Positions 1 through 7,181 of a DNA stretch of 23,082 bases are shown one piece after another. Source of the stretch: a virus. Taxonomy: Duplodnaviria > Heunggongvirae > Uroviricota > Caudoviricetes. Under the pieces are notes generated by a model. That model searched no databases, had not been told where the DNA came from, and worked only from the letters and a program-made list of their open reading frames with translations. Position numbers and translations under genes: made by a program. The first letter of the stretch is position 1; every line of letters starts with the position of its first letter. The stretch is taken from the IMG/VR virus record IMGVR_UViG_3300025913_000020, one strand, 5' to 3'.

Positions 1-923
1 TCATCGGGATTCTCCGGGGGATGGTCGTGAACAGTGTAGCCGAGCTTCTGGAAAACCAGCTTCGTCTTTTCGTGCCATTTCTCAGGGTCATTCGGATCAC
101 CGTGGACCAGTTCAACCGTGCGCTTGTTTTTGTCGATGTGATAGACCTGGCCGGTGGCCGGAACGACCCACTCAGCTTCTGACCGGAGCGTGCGGAGCAT
201 GTTATTGAACCAGGCCAGCACGTGCGGCGAGGGTTCCCATCCTTCCATCGTCTCCAGGAGGAAATCTGCGAACGGAAAGTTTGCCGATTCTTTTACTTCG
301 CCGGTGTTCTTCTTCACGCTGACTGCTTTATCGTCCCACAGCTCGATCATGTGATGGTCCTTCAGATTGGTGATTTCGAGGTCCGGCAGTTCATTGTCCT
401 TCAGCCATTTCTTGATGGCGTTGACTGACTTCTCATCATCTGCCCGAGCTGTGAAAATTTTGACTTTCTTTCCGTGGCCGACCCACCGGCGAATGCGCGC
501 CACCATTTTTGGCACCGGTTCACCGATCTTCGTGGCTCCCTTGTAACCGGTGTATTTCGCCAGGGTGCCGTCGAGATCGACGCCGATCCAGCCTTCTTCG
601 TCCTCGCTGTCCAGGAGCGCTGACACGATGGATTCCGCAGCTCCAACAATGCTTTGATTCTTGACCGGAAAGTAAGTCAATACCTTTCGACCGGATGTAT
701 CAGAGATGTGCCAGCCTTCACTGTCGAGAACTACAGGCATTCCCAGTCGGTGCGGCCAGGTGAGATGGGATGTGAAATCTTTGGTTTTGAAAATGGCCTC
801 TTTCGGTGTGTTTTCCAGCACCGTTACTTCTTCCGGCGCGCTTGCACGTGGGTTCACGTGGTTCGTCCTGATCCAGCGACTGCCGGGCAGCATTGCTTTC
901 TTGAACTCTGAGGCAAAATTCAT
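1..923 (-). CDS. Multidomain protein with HAD-superfamily (Pnkp 3'-phosphatase-like) domain; 3' end outside window
   Basis: Manual translation from ATG 923 (MNFASEFKKAMLPG...) stays open to the window edge. HAD motifs WIGVDLDGTL, KIFTAR, K and LWDD are present. Absent from the ORF track because there is no stop in the window. Confidence 0.85.
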   Translation of the reverse strand, partial: MNFASEFKKAMLPGSRWIRTNHVNPRASAPEEVTVLENTPKEAIFKTKDFTSHLTWPHRLGMPVVLDSEGWHISDTSGRKVLTYFPVKNQSIVGAAESIVSALLDSEDEEGWIGVDLDGTLAKYTGYKGATKIGEPVPKMVARIRRWVGHGKKVKIFTARADDEKSVNAIKKWLKDNELPDLEITNLKDHHMIELWDDKAVSVKKNTGEVKESANFPFADFLLETMEGWEPSPHVLAWFNNMLRTLRSEAEWVVPATGQVYHIDKNKRTVELVHGDPNDPEKWHEKTKLVFQKLGYTVHDHPPENPD

Positions 924-1038
924 GCGTCACCGTACTTACATTGGCGCTCCGAGCAGGACTTGCACCTGCAACCTTCGGTTTCGAAGACCGCCGCTCTGTC
1001 TCTTTGAGCTACCGGAGCAAATCTGTTCTAAAATTGCG

Positions 1039-1737
1039 ATGAGTAAAGAAAACCTTGAGCGAGTGCTAGAAAACGCCAACCAGGCGGACTGGGAAATTGC
1101 CAGCCAGGCGTGGTTTCGTTACAACAAGATCGTGGGCGGCATTGCAGAAAGATGTAATGCCACGACCCGCGTTGGAGCGGCTGTTTTCGCTGCTCTCAGC
1201 CCGAACAATGATTACCTTGGTAATTTACGCGACACGGCGCGCTTGCTGATCGCTGCTGACGGCGGTTTGAGCATCGACGATTTCAAGGTCTCAACTTACG
1301 GTGCAAACAAGGCCAAAGCGTGGCAGATCGCGCACGGGGTCGAACCTCTGCATTTGATCGTTGCACCGAAGACGCGCAATTTCTTTTTGAACGTGGCCAA
1401 TCCGATGGACCCTCACCCAGTAACCGTGGACGGTCATATTTTTAACGCGTGGGCGGCTAAGCGAATCCCGCTCAACAGCGCTCAGATGAAAGGGTTTTCC
1501 AAGCAGTACGATCGCGTGGCGGATACCATCCGTGAGATCGGACTGGAGCGTCGTCTTCTGCCGAACTTCGTTCAGGGCCTCATTTGGTACTGCTGGAAGC
1601 GAATGCACGGGATCAAGCTCGACGGCCAGATGGAATTTTGGGGTTCGGACTACCTGGTGGCCGGTCTTGGCTTTGAGATCGAGAGCAAGCCGGTCAAGGA
1701 CTGGCAGCAGGAGATCGCTGGTCAATTTGCTGCGTAA
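1039..1737 (+). CDS. Phage protein, HhH-GPD/endonuclease III-like DNA glycosylase-related
   Basis: Start trimmed to MSKENLE (ATG 1039). Motifs AALSP, KTRNFF, VTVDGH (GPD-like) and VQGLIW. Confidence 0.6.
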   Translation: MSKENLERVLENANQADWEIASQAWFRYNKIVGGIAERCNATTRVGAAVFAALSPNNDYLGNLRDTARLLIAADGGLSIDDFKVSTYGANKAKAWQIAHGVEPLHLIVAPKTRNFFLNVANPMDPHPVTVDGHIFNAWAAKRIPLNSAQMKGFSKQYDRVADTIREIGLERRLLPNFVQGLIWYCWKRMHGIKLDGQMEFWGSDYLVAGLGFEIESKPVKDWQQEIAGQFAA

Positions 1738-1738
1738 A

Positions 1739-1813
1739 TGGTGGAGACAACAGGAGTTGCACCTGAAACCTTCCGCGTGTCGAGCGGGTGCTCTACTTCA
1801 GAGCTATGCCTCC
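1739..1813 (-). tRNA. tRNA-Val(GAC)
   Basis: Cloverleaf, loop UC-GAC-AC (C33), T-loop UGCAACU, encoded CCA. Confidence 0.88.
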
Positions 1814-1824
1814 GTAATTAAGGT

Positions 1825-2481
1825 GTGAAAGTCGGCGAATTCGATGTCGAAGTGCAAAGCGCCCGCGTTGGCGGAGGCTGGCAGGCTGTGGGTATTCTTC
1901 CCGATGGAAAAAAGATCGTTTCCGGCCCGTGCAGCTCTCGTGAGACCGCAGAGCATGACATTAAGCAGCAAGCGCTTGCCCGGCTTTACGTTCAGCGTAA
2001 GTATGATGTAAACAGACCGTTTGAATCTATGAGCAAGCTTGGCGAAAATAAATTTCTGAAGGGCGCGATCAATCCTGATCACAAGGGTTATTGCACGCCG
2101 ATGAGCAAGAGCACCTGCACTCCGCGCCGCAAGGCGCTGGCGCGTCGTTTCAAAAAGGGCGGCGATCTGCACCACGAATCTCTCAGTGAAGCGGACATGG
2201 CCATCGTGCTGCACCAGGCGGACCAGCTCCTGGAAGATGCTCGCGATTACCTTGAACTTTCGCTCGACGGCAACCAGATCGAGCGTCCAGAATGTCCGCA
2301 TTGCGGCGGTGATCAGAGCGAGCCGGTCGGCGACGGTCGTCATAAATGCCCGCAATGTGGCGGCGTGTTCAGCGCCAATGTGAATCAGTATCCGGCAGGT
2401 CCGCTGCCTCCAGGTAAAGCTTCGTTTTACCCGAGCGACGGCGGCGGCACTGGTGGCGGCAGCGGTATGGCAAACATGTGA
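1825..2481 (+). CDS. Hypothetical virion-like protein with basic CTP-repeat motif and Zn ribbon
   Basis: 218 aa; KGYCTPMSKSTCTPRRKALARRFKK; CPHC...CPQC; GTAATTA motif 4 nt upstream. Confidence 0.75.
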   Translation: MKVGEFDVEVQSARVGGGWQAVGILPDGKKIVSGPCSSRETAEHDIKQQALARLYVQRKYDVNRPFESMSKLGENKFLKGAINPDHKGYCTPMSKSTCTPRRKALARRFKKGGDLHHESLSEADMAIVLHQADQLLEDARDYLELSLDGNQIERPECPHCGGDQSEPVGDGRHKCPQCGGVFSANVNQYPAGPLPPGKASFYPSDGGGTGGGSGMANM

Positions 2482-3221
2482 AACCGATAGGCAAAGGGTA
2501 CGGCGGATTTGATATTTATCCGACAGTCGAGAAGCGCTACAAGTGCGACCGCTGCGGGTATATCAGCAAACAGTCCACGAACACGTTTGAACCGACGTGG
2601 TCATGGGACCGCGTGAATGTTTGTCCCAACTGCCCGCCCTGGGCAAAGTACCCTCAGTTCGGCGGCCAGACGACGTGGACTTGCATCGACACGCCGGACA
2701 TGTTTCCAGACGAGGAGGCCGGAGAGCAGTCCATGTCGGAAGCAATCTTTCAGGAGGCCGATGCGTTGCTTCCATCACCTTCACAGGATACTGTTCTATT
2801 TGAGATGGGTGACGAGACCATAGAGCGAATGGACGTTTACGAACTTCCTAGCGATGAATCCATCGGTTTTACGGCCAAGGTTGATGGCGAATACATCGAA
2901 GGAGCGCAGCGCGGAGGTAATGGATTCCATCAGGGAATGATTATCGTAAGCAACCCGCAAAAGGCTCTCCAGATAGGTGAGCAAAAGGCTAAAAATGACG
3001 GTAAGAAGAAAGCTTACGTCGAGGTCCGCGATTTCAATTACAAGCAATTAAGGGCGGTTCTACAGGCGACCGGGGAGGGGGTATGGATGGATAGGGACGT
3101 ATTCATCAAGTTCAGGGATGCTTCCGATAAAGCAGGTGAACTAGGTCCAGACGACGCTCTTAGGAAATATCCTCTCGACGGTAAAAATTACTGGATTCAG
3201 CTTCCTCCAGGCCGAAGCTGA
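2478..3221 (+). CDS. Hypothetical protein with N-terminal Zn-binding motif
   Basis: 247 aa, 4-nt overlap with the upstream gene; CDRC...CPNC. Confidence 0.75.
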   Translation: MKPIGKGYGGFDIYPTVEKRYKCDRCGYISKQSTNTFEPTWSWDRVNVCPNCPPWAKYPQFGGQTTWTCIDTPDMFPDEEAGEQSMSEAIFQEADALLPSPSQDTVLFEMGDETIERMDVYELPSDESIGFTAKVDGEYIEGAQRGGNGFHQGMIIVSNPQKALQIGEQKAKNDGKKKAYVEVRDFNYKQLRAVLQATGEGVWMDRDVFIKFRDASDKAGELGPDDALRKYPLDGKNYWIQLPPGRS

Positions 3222-3222
3222 G

Positions 3223-3298
3223 TGGAGCCAGTCGCAGGAATTGCACCCGCCGTCTCCCGATTACAAGTCGGGCGCATCGCTGTCAATGCTTGACTGGC
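3223..3298 (-). tRNA. tRNA-Thr(UGU)
   Basis: Anticodon arm CCCGA-CU-UGU-AA-UCGGG, U73, CCA. Confidence 0.92.
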
Positions 3299-3371
3299 AT
3301 TTGTAAACATTTTCTAGTTGTGGGCACATCACCCACTGGTTGTCAACGAGGATAGGAACCAGATTGACGCC

Positions 3372-3635
3372 ATGAACCTCATGCACGTTGTACCCGCGTT
3401 TGGAGAAGTTACGTTCGGCGGTGGCGGAGACGGACTTGTCCACTCACTTTTCCTCGTTTTAATTATCGGCATCTGCGTCGCTCTCATTTGGGCGGTCGGA
3501 CGCTGGTTCATTCAGAAGCTCGGCGCGCCAGCGGTGGTAATGACCATCTGGAACGGTTTCTTCATCCTGGTCGGGTTGATCGTCGTGGTGAACTTCCTGC
3601 TCAGCCTCGCTGGACACCCGTTCATTCGGTTTTAG
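3372..3635 (+). CDS. Small two-TM membrane protein
   Basis: MNLMHVV...; two hydrophobic segments; fills the gap between tRNAs. Confidence 0.75.
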   Translation: MNLMHVVPAFGEVTFGGGGDGLVHSLFLVLIIGICVALIWAVGRWFIQKLGAPAVVMTIWNGFFILVGLIVVVNFLLSLAGHPFIRF

Positions 3636-3711
3636 TGGTGGGCCGCCTCGGTAATGCTCCGAGTTCTCCGGGGTAAAAGCCCGGTTCTTCGCTTTTCAAA
3701 GTTTGCAGCCC
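3636..3711 (-). tRNA. tRNA-Lys(UUU)
   Basis: CCGGG-CU-UUU-AC-CCCGG, T-loop AGCAUUA, CCA. Confidence 0.9.
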
Positions 3712-3717
3712 GTAAAT

Positions 3718-3793
3718 TGGTGCGTTGGGTCGGCAATGATCCGACACGCTTCCGGGTAAGAACCGGGTGCTCTGCCAGTTGAGCTACCAACGC
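3718..3793 (-). tRNA. tRNA-Lys(CUU)
   Basis: Loop UU-CUU-AC, standard D arm, CCA. Confidence 0.9.
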
Positions 3794-3817
3794 AAAAAAG
3801 GTCAATGATTTGATATT

Positions 3818-3874
3818 GTTTTAGGAAAACCCATTGTTTTACTAAATCAGTAAAACAATGGGTTTTCCTAAAAC
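3818..3874. repeat. Perfect 26-bp inverted repeat, 5-nt loop
   Basis: GTTTTAGGAAAACCCATTGTTTTACT-aaatc-AGTAAAACAATGGGTTTTCCTAAAAC. Confidence 0.95.
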
Positions 3875-3883
3875 CAAGAGTCG

Positions 3884-3939
3884 ATTTCACTAAAAAGGGT
3901 TGTTTCACTGCGCAGTAAAACAACCCTTTTTAGTGAAAT
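3884..3939. repeat. 28-bp inverted repeat with one mismatch
   Basis: ATTTCACTAAAAAGGGTTGTTTCACTGC / GCAGTAAAACAACCCTTTTTAGTGAAAT; the mismatch is a G-U pair on the minus strand. Confidence 0.95.
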
Positions 3940-4014
3940 TGGTCGCTCCGGGTGGACACGATCCACCGACCTTCAGCTTATGAAGCTGCTGCTCTCCCTC
4001 TGAGCTACGGAGCG
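3940..4014 (-). tRNA. tRNA with CAU anticodon (elongator Met or Ile2)
   Basis: Loop UU-CAU-AA, paired C1-G72 (not initiator-like), A73, CCA. Confidence 0.88.
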
Positions 4015-4082
4015 TTCGCCCGGCCTTGGTTCGCACCGTGTCTTCTGCACCACCACGCCAAGACAGGGCCGGGTTTGAAAAG

Positions 4083-4158
4083 TGGAGCCTGCTGACGGAA
4101 TTGCACCGTCCATTACCCGGTTACCGACCGGGGCCACCGCTGTCTGTGGGTAGCAGGC
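4083..4158 (-). tRNA. tRNA-Thr(GGU)
   Basis: CCCGG-UC-GGU-AA-CCGGG (C33), CCA. Confidence 0.88.
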
Positions 4159-4564
4159 TTTCGAGAGGTTCGATGACGACATCGGCCTCGACTGTAAAAA
4201 TTGGAATGACCTCCTGGAACTTTGCCGCCTTCAGCATGTCATTGCTGTATCGTGCCTCGACACCGTCAGCGACCGAGATCGTAATGTGCGGAAATTGATT
4301 TTCACTTTTCGCGCCAACCAGGACGGCTTGGGCTTTTTCATCGGAAGCGAATCCGAATACCGGTATCCGCAGGCGCTCACCTTCCAGGCTTTTATAGCGC
4401 TCCAGCGTTTGCGCGTCCGGTTTGAAGGCCATCGTGACGTGGTGTGCGTAAACAACCGCGTGCTGCGGTGGAAAACGGCGCAGCAGCTCTTGGTGGCTTT
4501 CCGGCGTCAGCACGGCACTGATGAATACGCCAGGTTCGTTCAGAGGTAATCGTTCGGTTGACAT
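4121..4564 (-). CDS. 2H phosphoesterase (2',3'-cyclic phosphodiesterase-like)
   Basis: Two HxT motifs, HHVTMAF and PHITISV. Confidence 0.85.
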   Translation of the reverse strand: MSTERLPLNEPGVFISAVLTPESHQELLRRFPPQHAVVYAHHVTMAFKPDAQTLERYKSLEGERLRIPVFGFASDEKAQAVLVGAKSENQFPHITISVADGVEARYSNDMLKAAKFQEVIPIFTVEADVVIEPLESLLPTDSGGPGR

Positions 4565-4776
4565 GGTGGTTCAGGTTGCGGCCAGCCGCCTTCAGGAGGC
4601 ATCGCTGGAGGCCATGCTGGCCCAGGGTAACAGTACCGGCAAAAAGCCCTTTCCTCGTTATATCCAGGAACGTCCTTGCGAACGTAAACAGTGTGGCCGC
4701 AGCTCAGTCCGAACTTTGCCAGAACGACTGTTCCGGTGCCTTCTTCACCGTGTTTGCAGACTATTTTCCTGAACAT
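4540..4776 (-). CDS. Small Cys/His-containing hypothetical protein
   Basis: 78 aa; LSCGH...CRYC; starts just after tRNA-Gly. Confidence 0.6.
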   Translation of the reverse strand: MFRKIVCKHGEEGTGTVVLAKFGLSCGHTVYVRKDVPGYNEERAFCRYCYPGPAWPPAMPPEGGWPQPEPPCQPNDYL

Positions 4777-4779
4777 AAA

Positions 4780-4854
4780 TGGTGCGCCATGTCGGTGCTG
4801 CCCCGACTTATCCTGTTTGGAAGACAGGCTCCTTAGCTGTTGGGATAATGGCGC
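4780..4854 (-). tRNA. tRNA-Gly(UCC)
   Basis: CCUGU-CU-UCC-AA-ACAGG, A73, CCA. Confidence 0.9.
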
Positions 4855-4855
4855 G

Positions 4856-5599
4856 TTAAGCTGGTATTTCGCCGCGTGAGCGATAAACTTGATCCATGTG
4901 GGCTTTGACCTCCTGGTCGTGCGTGGCGAAATCTTTTCTACCGAGCGAAGCCACGATCTCGGGATGCTCGGCCAGATCAGGAGGAAACTTTTCGTCCGGC
5001 ATCTCCATGATCTTTTTGATCAGCGGTTCAATGCGATCCTTGTTGTTCGCATTGTGCTTGATGATGTCTTTGTACGAATCAATCGTGTGCCGCTTGCAGT
5101 TGCCGTGGGAGGCGTTCGGGTCATGCACGCCGAATTCACGCTCGCACATGCCGCAGGACCGCCGCTCCGCTTCGATGACGAAGTTGACGATGCTTTCGAC
5201 GCACTCTGAAAAGTCGCTGCTCAATTTATCTAGCTCAGCGCGTTGAGTATCCAGCTCGCTTCGCCTTCCAGAAATATACTCATTTGCCAGAAAAGCAACA
5301 GCTTTTCTCAGCGTGTTCAAGGCGTCAGGCGGAAGCTTCTCGGTCTCCTGGGCCATCCGGGAAATTTTCACGATGTCGGACAGTGCCCGGCCAGGACCTT
5401 GGCGCAGAATGTTGTTCAGATCGGTTTTGGTGACCTTTCTGAATTGCTGGAGCCAGTTGACCAAGGCGTCGGCTACTGATCTTGGAGATTCCTGTGCGTC
5501 CACGGCGGCCTTGAGAAAGAGGTAGCCTGGACTCCAGATGTGGTCTGGATTCGTTTTGCCGCCCAGGTCGCTCCATTTGACTGCGCCGTATTTCTTCAT
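4856..5599 (-). CDS. Hypothetical protein (virion-like)
   Basis: 247 aa filling the inter-tRNA gap; CGMC...HGNCKRH motif; GTAGTTA upstream. Confidence 0.8.
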   Translation of the reverse strand: MKKYGAVKWSDLGGKTNPDHIWSPGYLFLKAAVDAQESPRSVADALVNWLQQFRKVTKTDLNNILRQGPGRALSDIVKISRMAQETEKLPPDALNTLRKAVAFLANEYISGRRSELDTQRAELDKLSSDFSECVESIVNFVIEAERRSCGMCEREFGVHDPNASHGNCKRHTIDSYKDIIKHNANNKDRIEPLIKKIMEMPDEKFPPDLAEHPEIVASLGRKDFATHDQEVKAHMDQVYRSRGEIPA

Positions 5600-5611
5600 C
5601 GCTTTAACTAC

Positions 5612-5687
5612 TGGAGGCCGGTATCAGAATTGCACTGATGTAATGCGGTTTTGCAGACCGCTGCCTTGCTTCTCGAACCAACCGGCC
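5612..5687 (-). tRNA. tRNA-Cys(GCA)
   Basis: GCGGU-CU-GCA-AA-ACCGC, U73, CCA. Confidence 0.92.
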
Positions 5688-5691
5688 AAAG

Positions 5692-5767
5692 TGGAGCCTC
5701 CGGTCAGAATTGCACTGACCATCTCCAGTTTACGAAACTGGCGCACCGCTGGCTGTGCGTCGGAGGC
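5692..5767 (-). tRNA. tRNA-Thr(CGU)
   Basis: CCAGU-UU-CGU-AA-ACUGG, CCA. Confidence 0.9.
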
Positions 5768-5771
5768 AAAA

Positions 5772-5845
5772 TGGTACCCCGTGACGGAATCTCACCGCCT
5801 CCATCACTTTGTAAGAGTGAGGCACTGATGTTATGCAAACGGGGC
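5772..5845 (-). tRNA. tRNA-Val(UAC)
   Basis: UCACU-CU-UAC-AA-AGUGA, CCA. Confidence 0.9.
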
Positions 5846-5850
5846 TGAAA

Positions 5851-5981
5851 TGGCGGGGATGATAACCGTTAAATATCGGTCCGTAAACGGACAAGGAGGT
5901 TCCAACGACTATTTGAGACTGGATTCGAACCAGCGACCTCCCGCTTTTCAGGCGGGCGCTCTACCGCTGAGCTACATCCCC
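5851..5981 (-). ncRNA. tRNA-Phe(GAA) body with 56-nt Y-RNA-like stem inserted between T arm and 3' acceptor strand
   Basis: Removing 5862-5917 leaves a canonical 75-nt tRNA (GGGGAUG/CAUCCCC-G-CCA, CU-GAA-AA, UUCGAAU). The insert has CUUGUCCGU-uu-ACGGACCGA...GGUUAU. Confidence 0.85.
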
Positions 5982-5987
5982 ATAAAA

Positions 5988-6064
5988 TGGTGCTCCAAAC
6001 AGGACTCGCACCTGTGACCTTTGGCTTCGCAGACCAACGCTCTATCTAACTGAGCTACTGGAGC
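5988..6064 (-). tRNA. tRNA-Arg(GCG)
   Basis: UUGGU-CU-GCG-AA-GCCAA, CCA. Confidence 0.9.
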
Positions 6065-6070
6065 AGAAAG

Positions 6071-6147
6071 TGGTACTCGCGGCTGGAATCGCACCAGCGG
6101 CCTGTTCCTTCGGAGAGAACCGCTCTGTCTAACTGAGCTACGCGAGC
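6071..6147 (-). tRNA. tRNA-Arg(CCG)
   Basis: GUUCU-CU-CCG-AA-GGAAC, CCA. Confidence 0.92.
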
Positions 6148-6249
6148 ATAAAAAACGAGGATTATTTTTCGCGGAGAGATACCTCTCGTTCAACAACTTG
6201 ATGGCTGTTTGCCATCGAAAAACGATGATCTTCGCGAGGATGTTAAAAA

Positions 6250-6327
6250 TGGTATCCGTGACCGGACTTGCACCGGTTAGGCCCTGCTTGAAGGGCAGGA
6301 TGCGCGAGCTGCTTTGCATTCACGGAC
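6250..6327 (-). tRNA. tRNA-Glu(UUC)
   Basis: CCUGC-CC-UUC-AA-GCAGG (C33), CCA. Confidence 0.85.
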
Positions 6328-6373
6328 TGAAAATCTTGTCAGAAAAAGTGGTGTGTTTTTCGGACAAAAAGCT

Positions 6374-6450
6374 TGGCGTCCCTGGCGGGGTACGATCCCG
6401 CAGTCTTCTGGTTGAGAACCAGATATGCTGACCAGTTGCACCACAGGGAC
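6374..6450 (-). tRNA. tRNA-Glu(CUC)
   Basis: UCUGG-UU-CUC-AA-CCAGA, G73, CCA. Confidence 0.92.
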
Positions 6451-6466
6451 GCGCCGAGGGTTAAGC

Positions 6467-6530
6467 TCACGGGCAAGATGGTTAGCGTGGGGTTTTCGAT
6501 GAATGATAACCCATGCTGTTCGGTCCGTGA
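6467..6530 (-). ncRNA. Minimal Y RNA-like gene (no tRNA domain)
   Basis: UCACGGAC-C-GAA...GGUUAUC...CUUGCCCGUGA; same bulged stem as the YrlA-like copies. Confidence 0.7.
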
Positions 6531-6533
6531 AAT

Positions 6534-6596
6534 TGGCGGGGCCGCCTGTCGATTCAGGTCACTGAGGACTCAGGCGGCTGGCCGGGCCGCAGCCCC
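6534..6596 (-). ncRNA. 63-nt miniature tRNA-like RNA with CCA and no anticodon loop
   Basis: 7-bp acceptor GGGGCUG/CGGCCCC-G-CCA plus three short hairpins. Confidence 0.6.
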
Positions 6597-6603
6597 ATAA
6601 AAG

Positions 6604-6680
6604 TGGTCCCAGGGGTCGGTATCGCACCGACGTACTCCGGTTTTTCAGACCGGCGCTAATACTATCTCAGCTACCCTGGG
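6604..6680 (-). tRNA. tRNA-Phe(GAA)
   Basis: CCGGU-CU-GAA-AA-ACCGG, A73, CCA. Confidence 0.92.
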
Positions 6681-6734
6681 ATTTCGAGGCATCCTCCTTG
6701 CGAACCAGTTTGATGAAAAGCCTCGTGTCGAAGA

Positions 6735-6808
6735 TGGTCCCCTATCGTGGTAACGCTCCACGGTCAACCGCTTATCAAGCGGACGCTCTGCTTTTGAGCT
6801 AATAGGGG
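6735..6808 (-). tRNA. tRNA-Ile(GAU)
   Basis: Loop UU-GAU-AA, CCA. Confidence 0.9.
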
Positions 6809-6809
6809 G

Positions 6810-7181
6810 TCAAGGTGGAAAATCCTGGCGGAGGCGCTTTTTCATGGCACCGGCCAGATTCGCGAACGGCAGATCGGCCAGCCACGGAAATTGCTTCGCG
6901 TCTGGGTGGTCTGGATTCGTTCGTTCGACCGTGGCCATGCTGTTCCAGGCTCCGGCCTTTTTTACTCTGAGCGCTTCGTCGTAAGTCGGACACATGACGT
7001 AAACGTCGCTCTCGTGAAAATGGATTCGGTCGGCGCTGATGCCCATGTCGATCAGAGCGGAGACAACATCGTCGTGAACGCCGCCGAGTTTGTCAGGAAT
7101 GCCGCTGACATCTTTCATGTCGTCATCCTCAGACTCTGTGACGAATGCGATGATGTGCTTAATTGAGTCGGTGCTTTGCAT
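6810..7181 (-). CDS. Hypothetical protein
   Basis: Start trimmed to MQSTDSIKHII (ATG 7181) to avoid a long overlap with the upstream gene; contains HESDVYV. Confidence 0.75.
   Translation of the reverse strand: MQSTDSIKHIIAFVTESEDDDMKDVSGIPDKLGGVHDDVVSALIDMGISADRIHFHESDVYVMCPTYDEALRVKKAGAWNSMATVERTNPDHPDAKQFPWLADLPFANLAGAMKKRLRQDFPP

Noticed and set aside
706-1038. N-terminal extension of the 343-aa ORF
   Set aside because: It overlaps the minus-strand HAD gene; ATG 1039 is the more plausible start.
3303-3313. Recurrent GTAAACATTTT (also near 7709, near 17503 and reversed near 9797)
   Set aside because: Position and orientation relative to genes are inconsistent; it may simply reflect AT-rich -35-like sequence.
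4019-4073. Small hairpin CCCGGCC/GGCCGGG between tRNAs
   Set aside because: Too short and without a recognisable motif; may only be a processing spacer.
5862-5917. Intron in tRNA-Phe
   Set aside because: Too short for group I/II, no evident bulge-helix-bulge, and the insert matches the Y RNA stem instead.
5538-6600. Short ORFs in the track over tRNA clusters (also 8114-8930, 9375-9575, 10119-10798, 12172-13007)
   Set aside because: They overlap RNA genes, show no protein motifs and are chance frames of GC-rich RNA.
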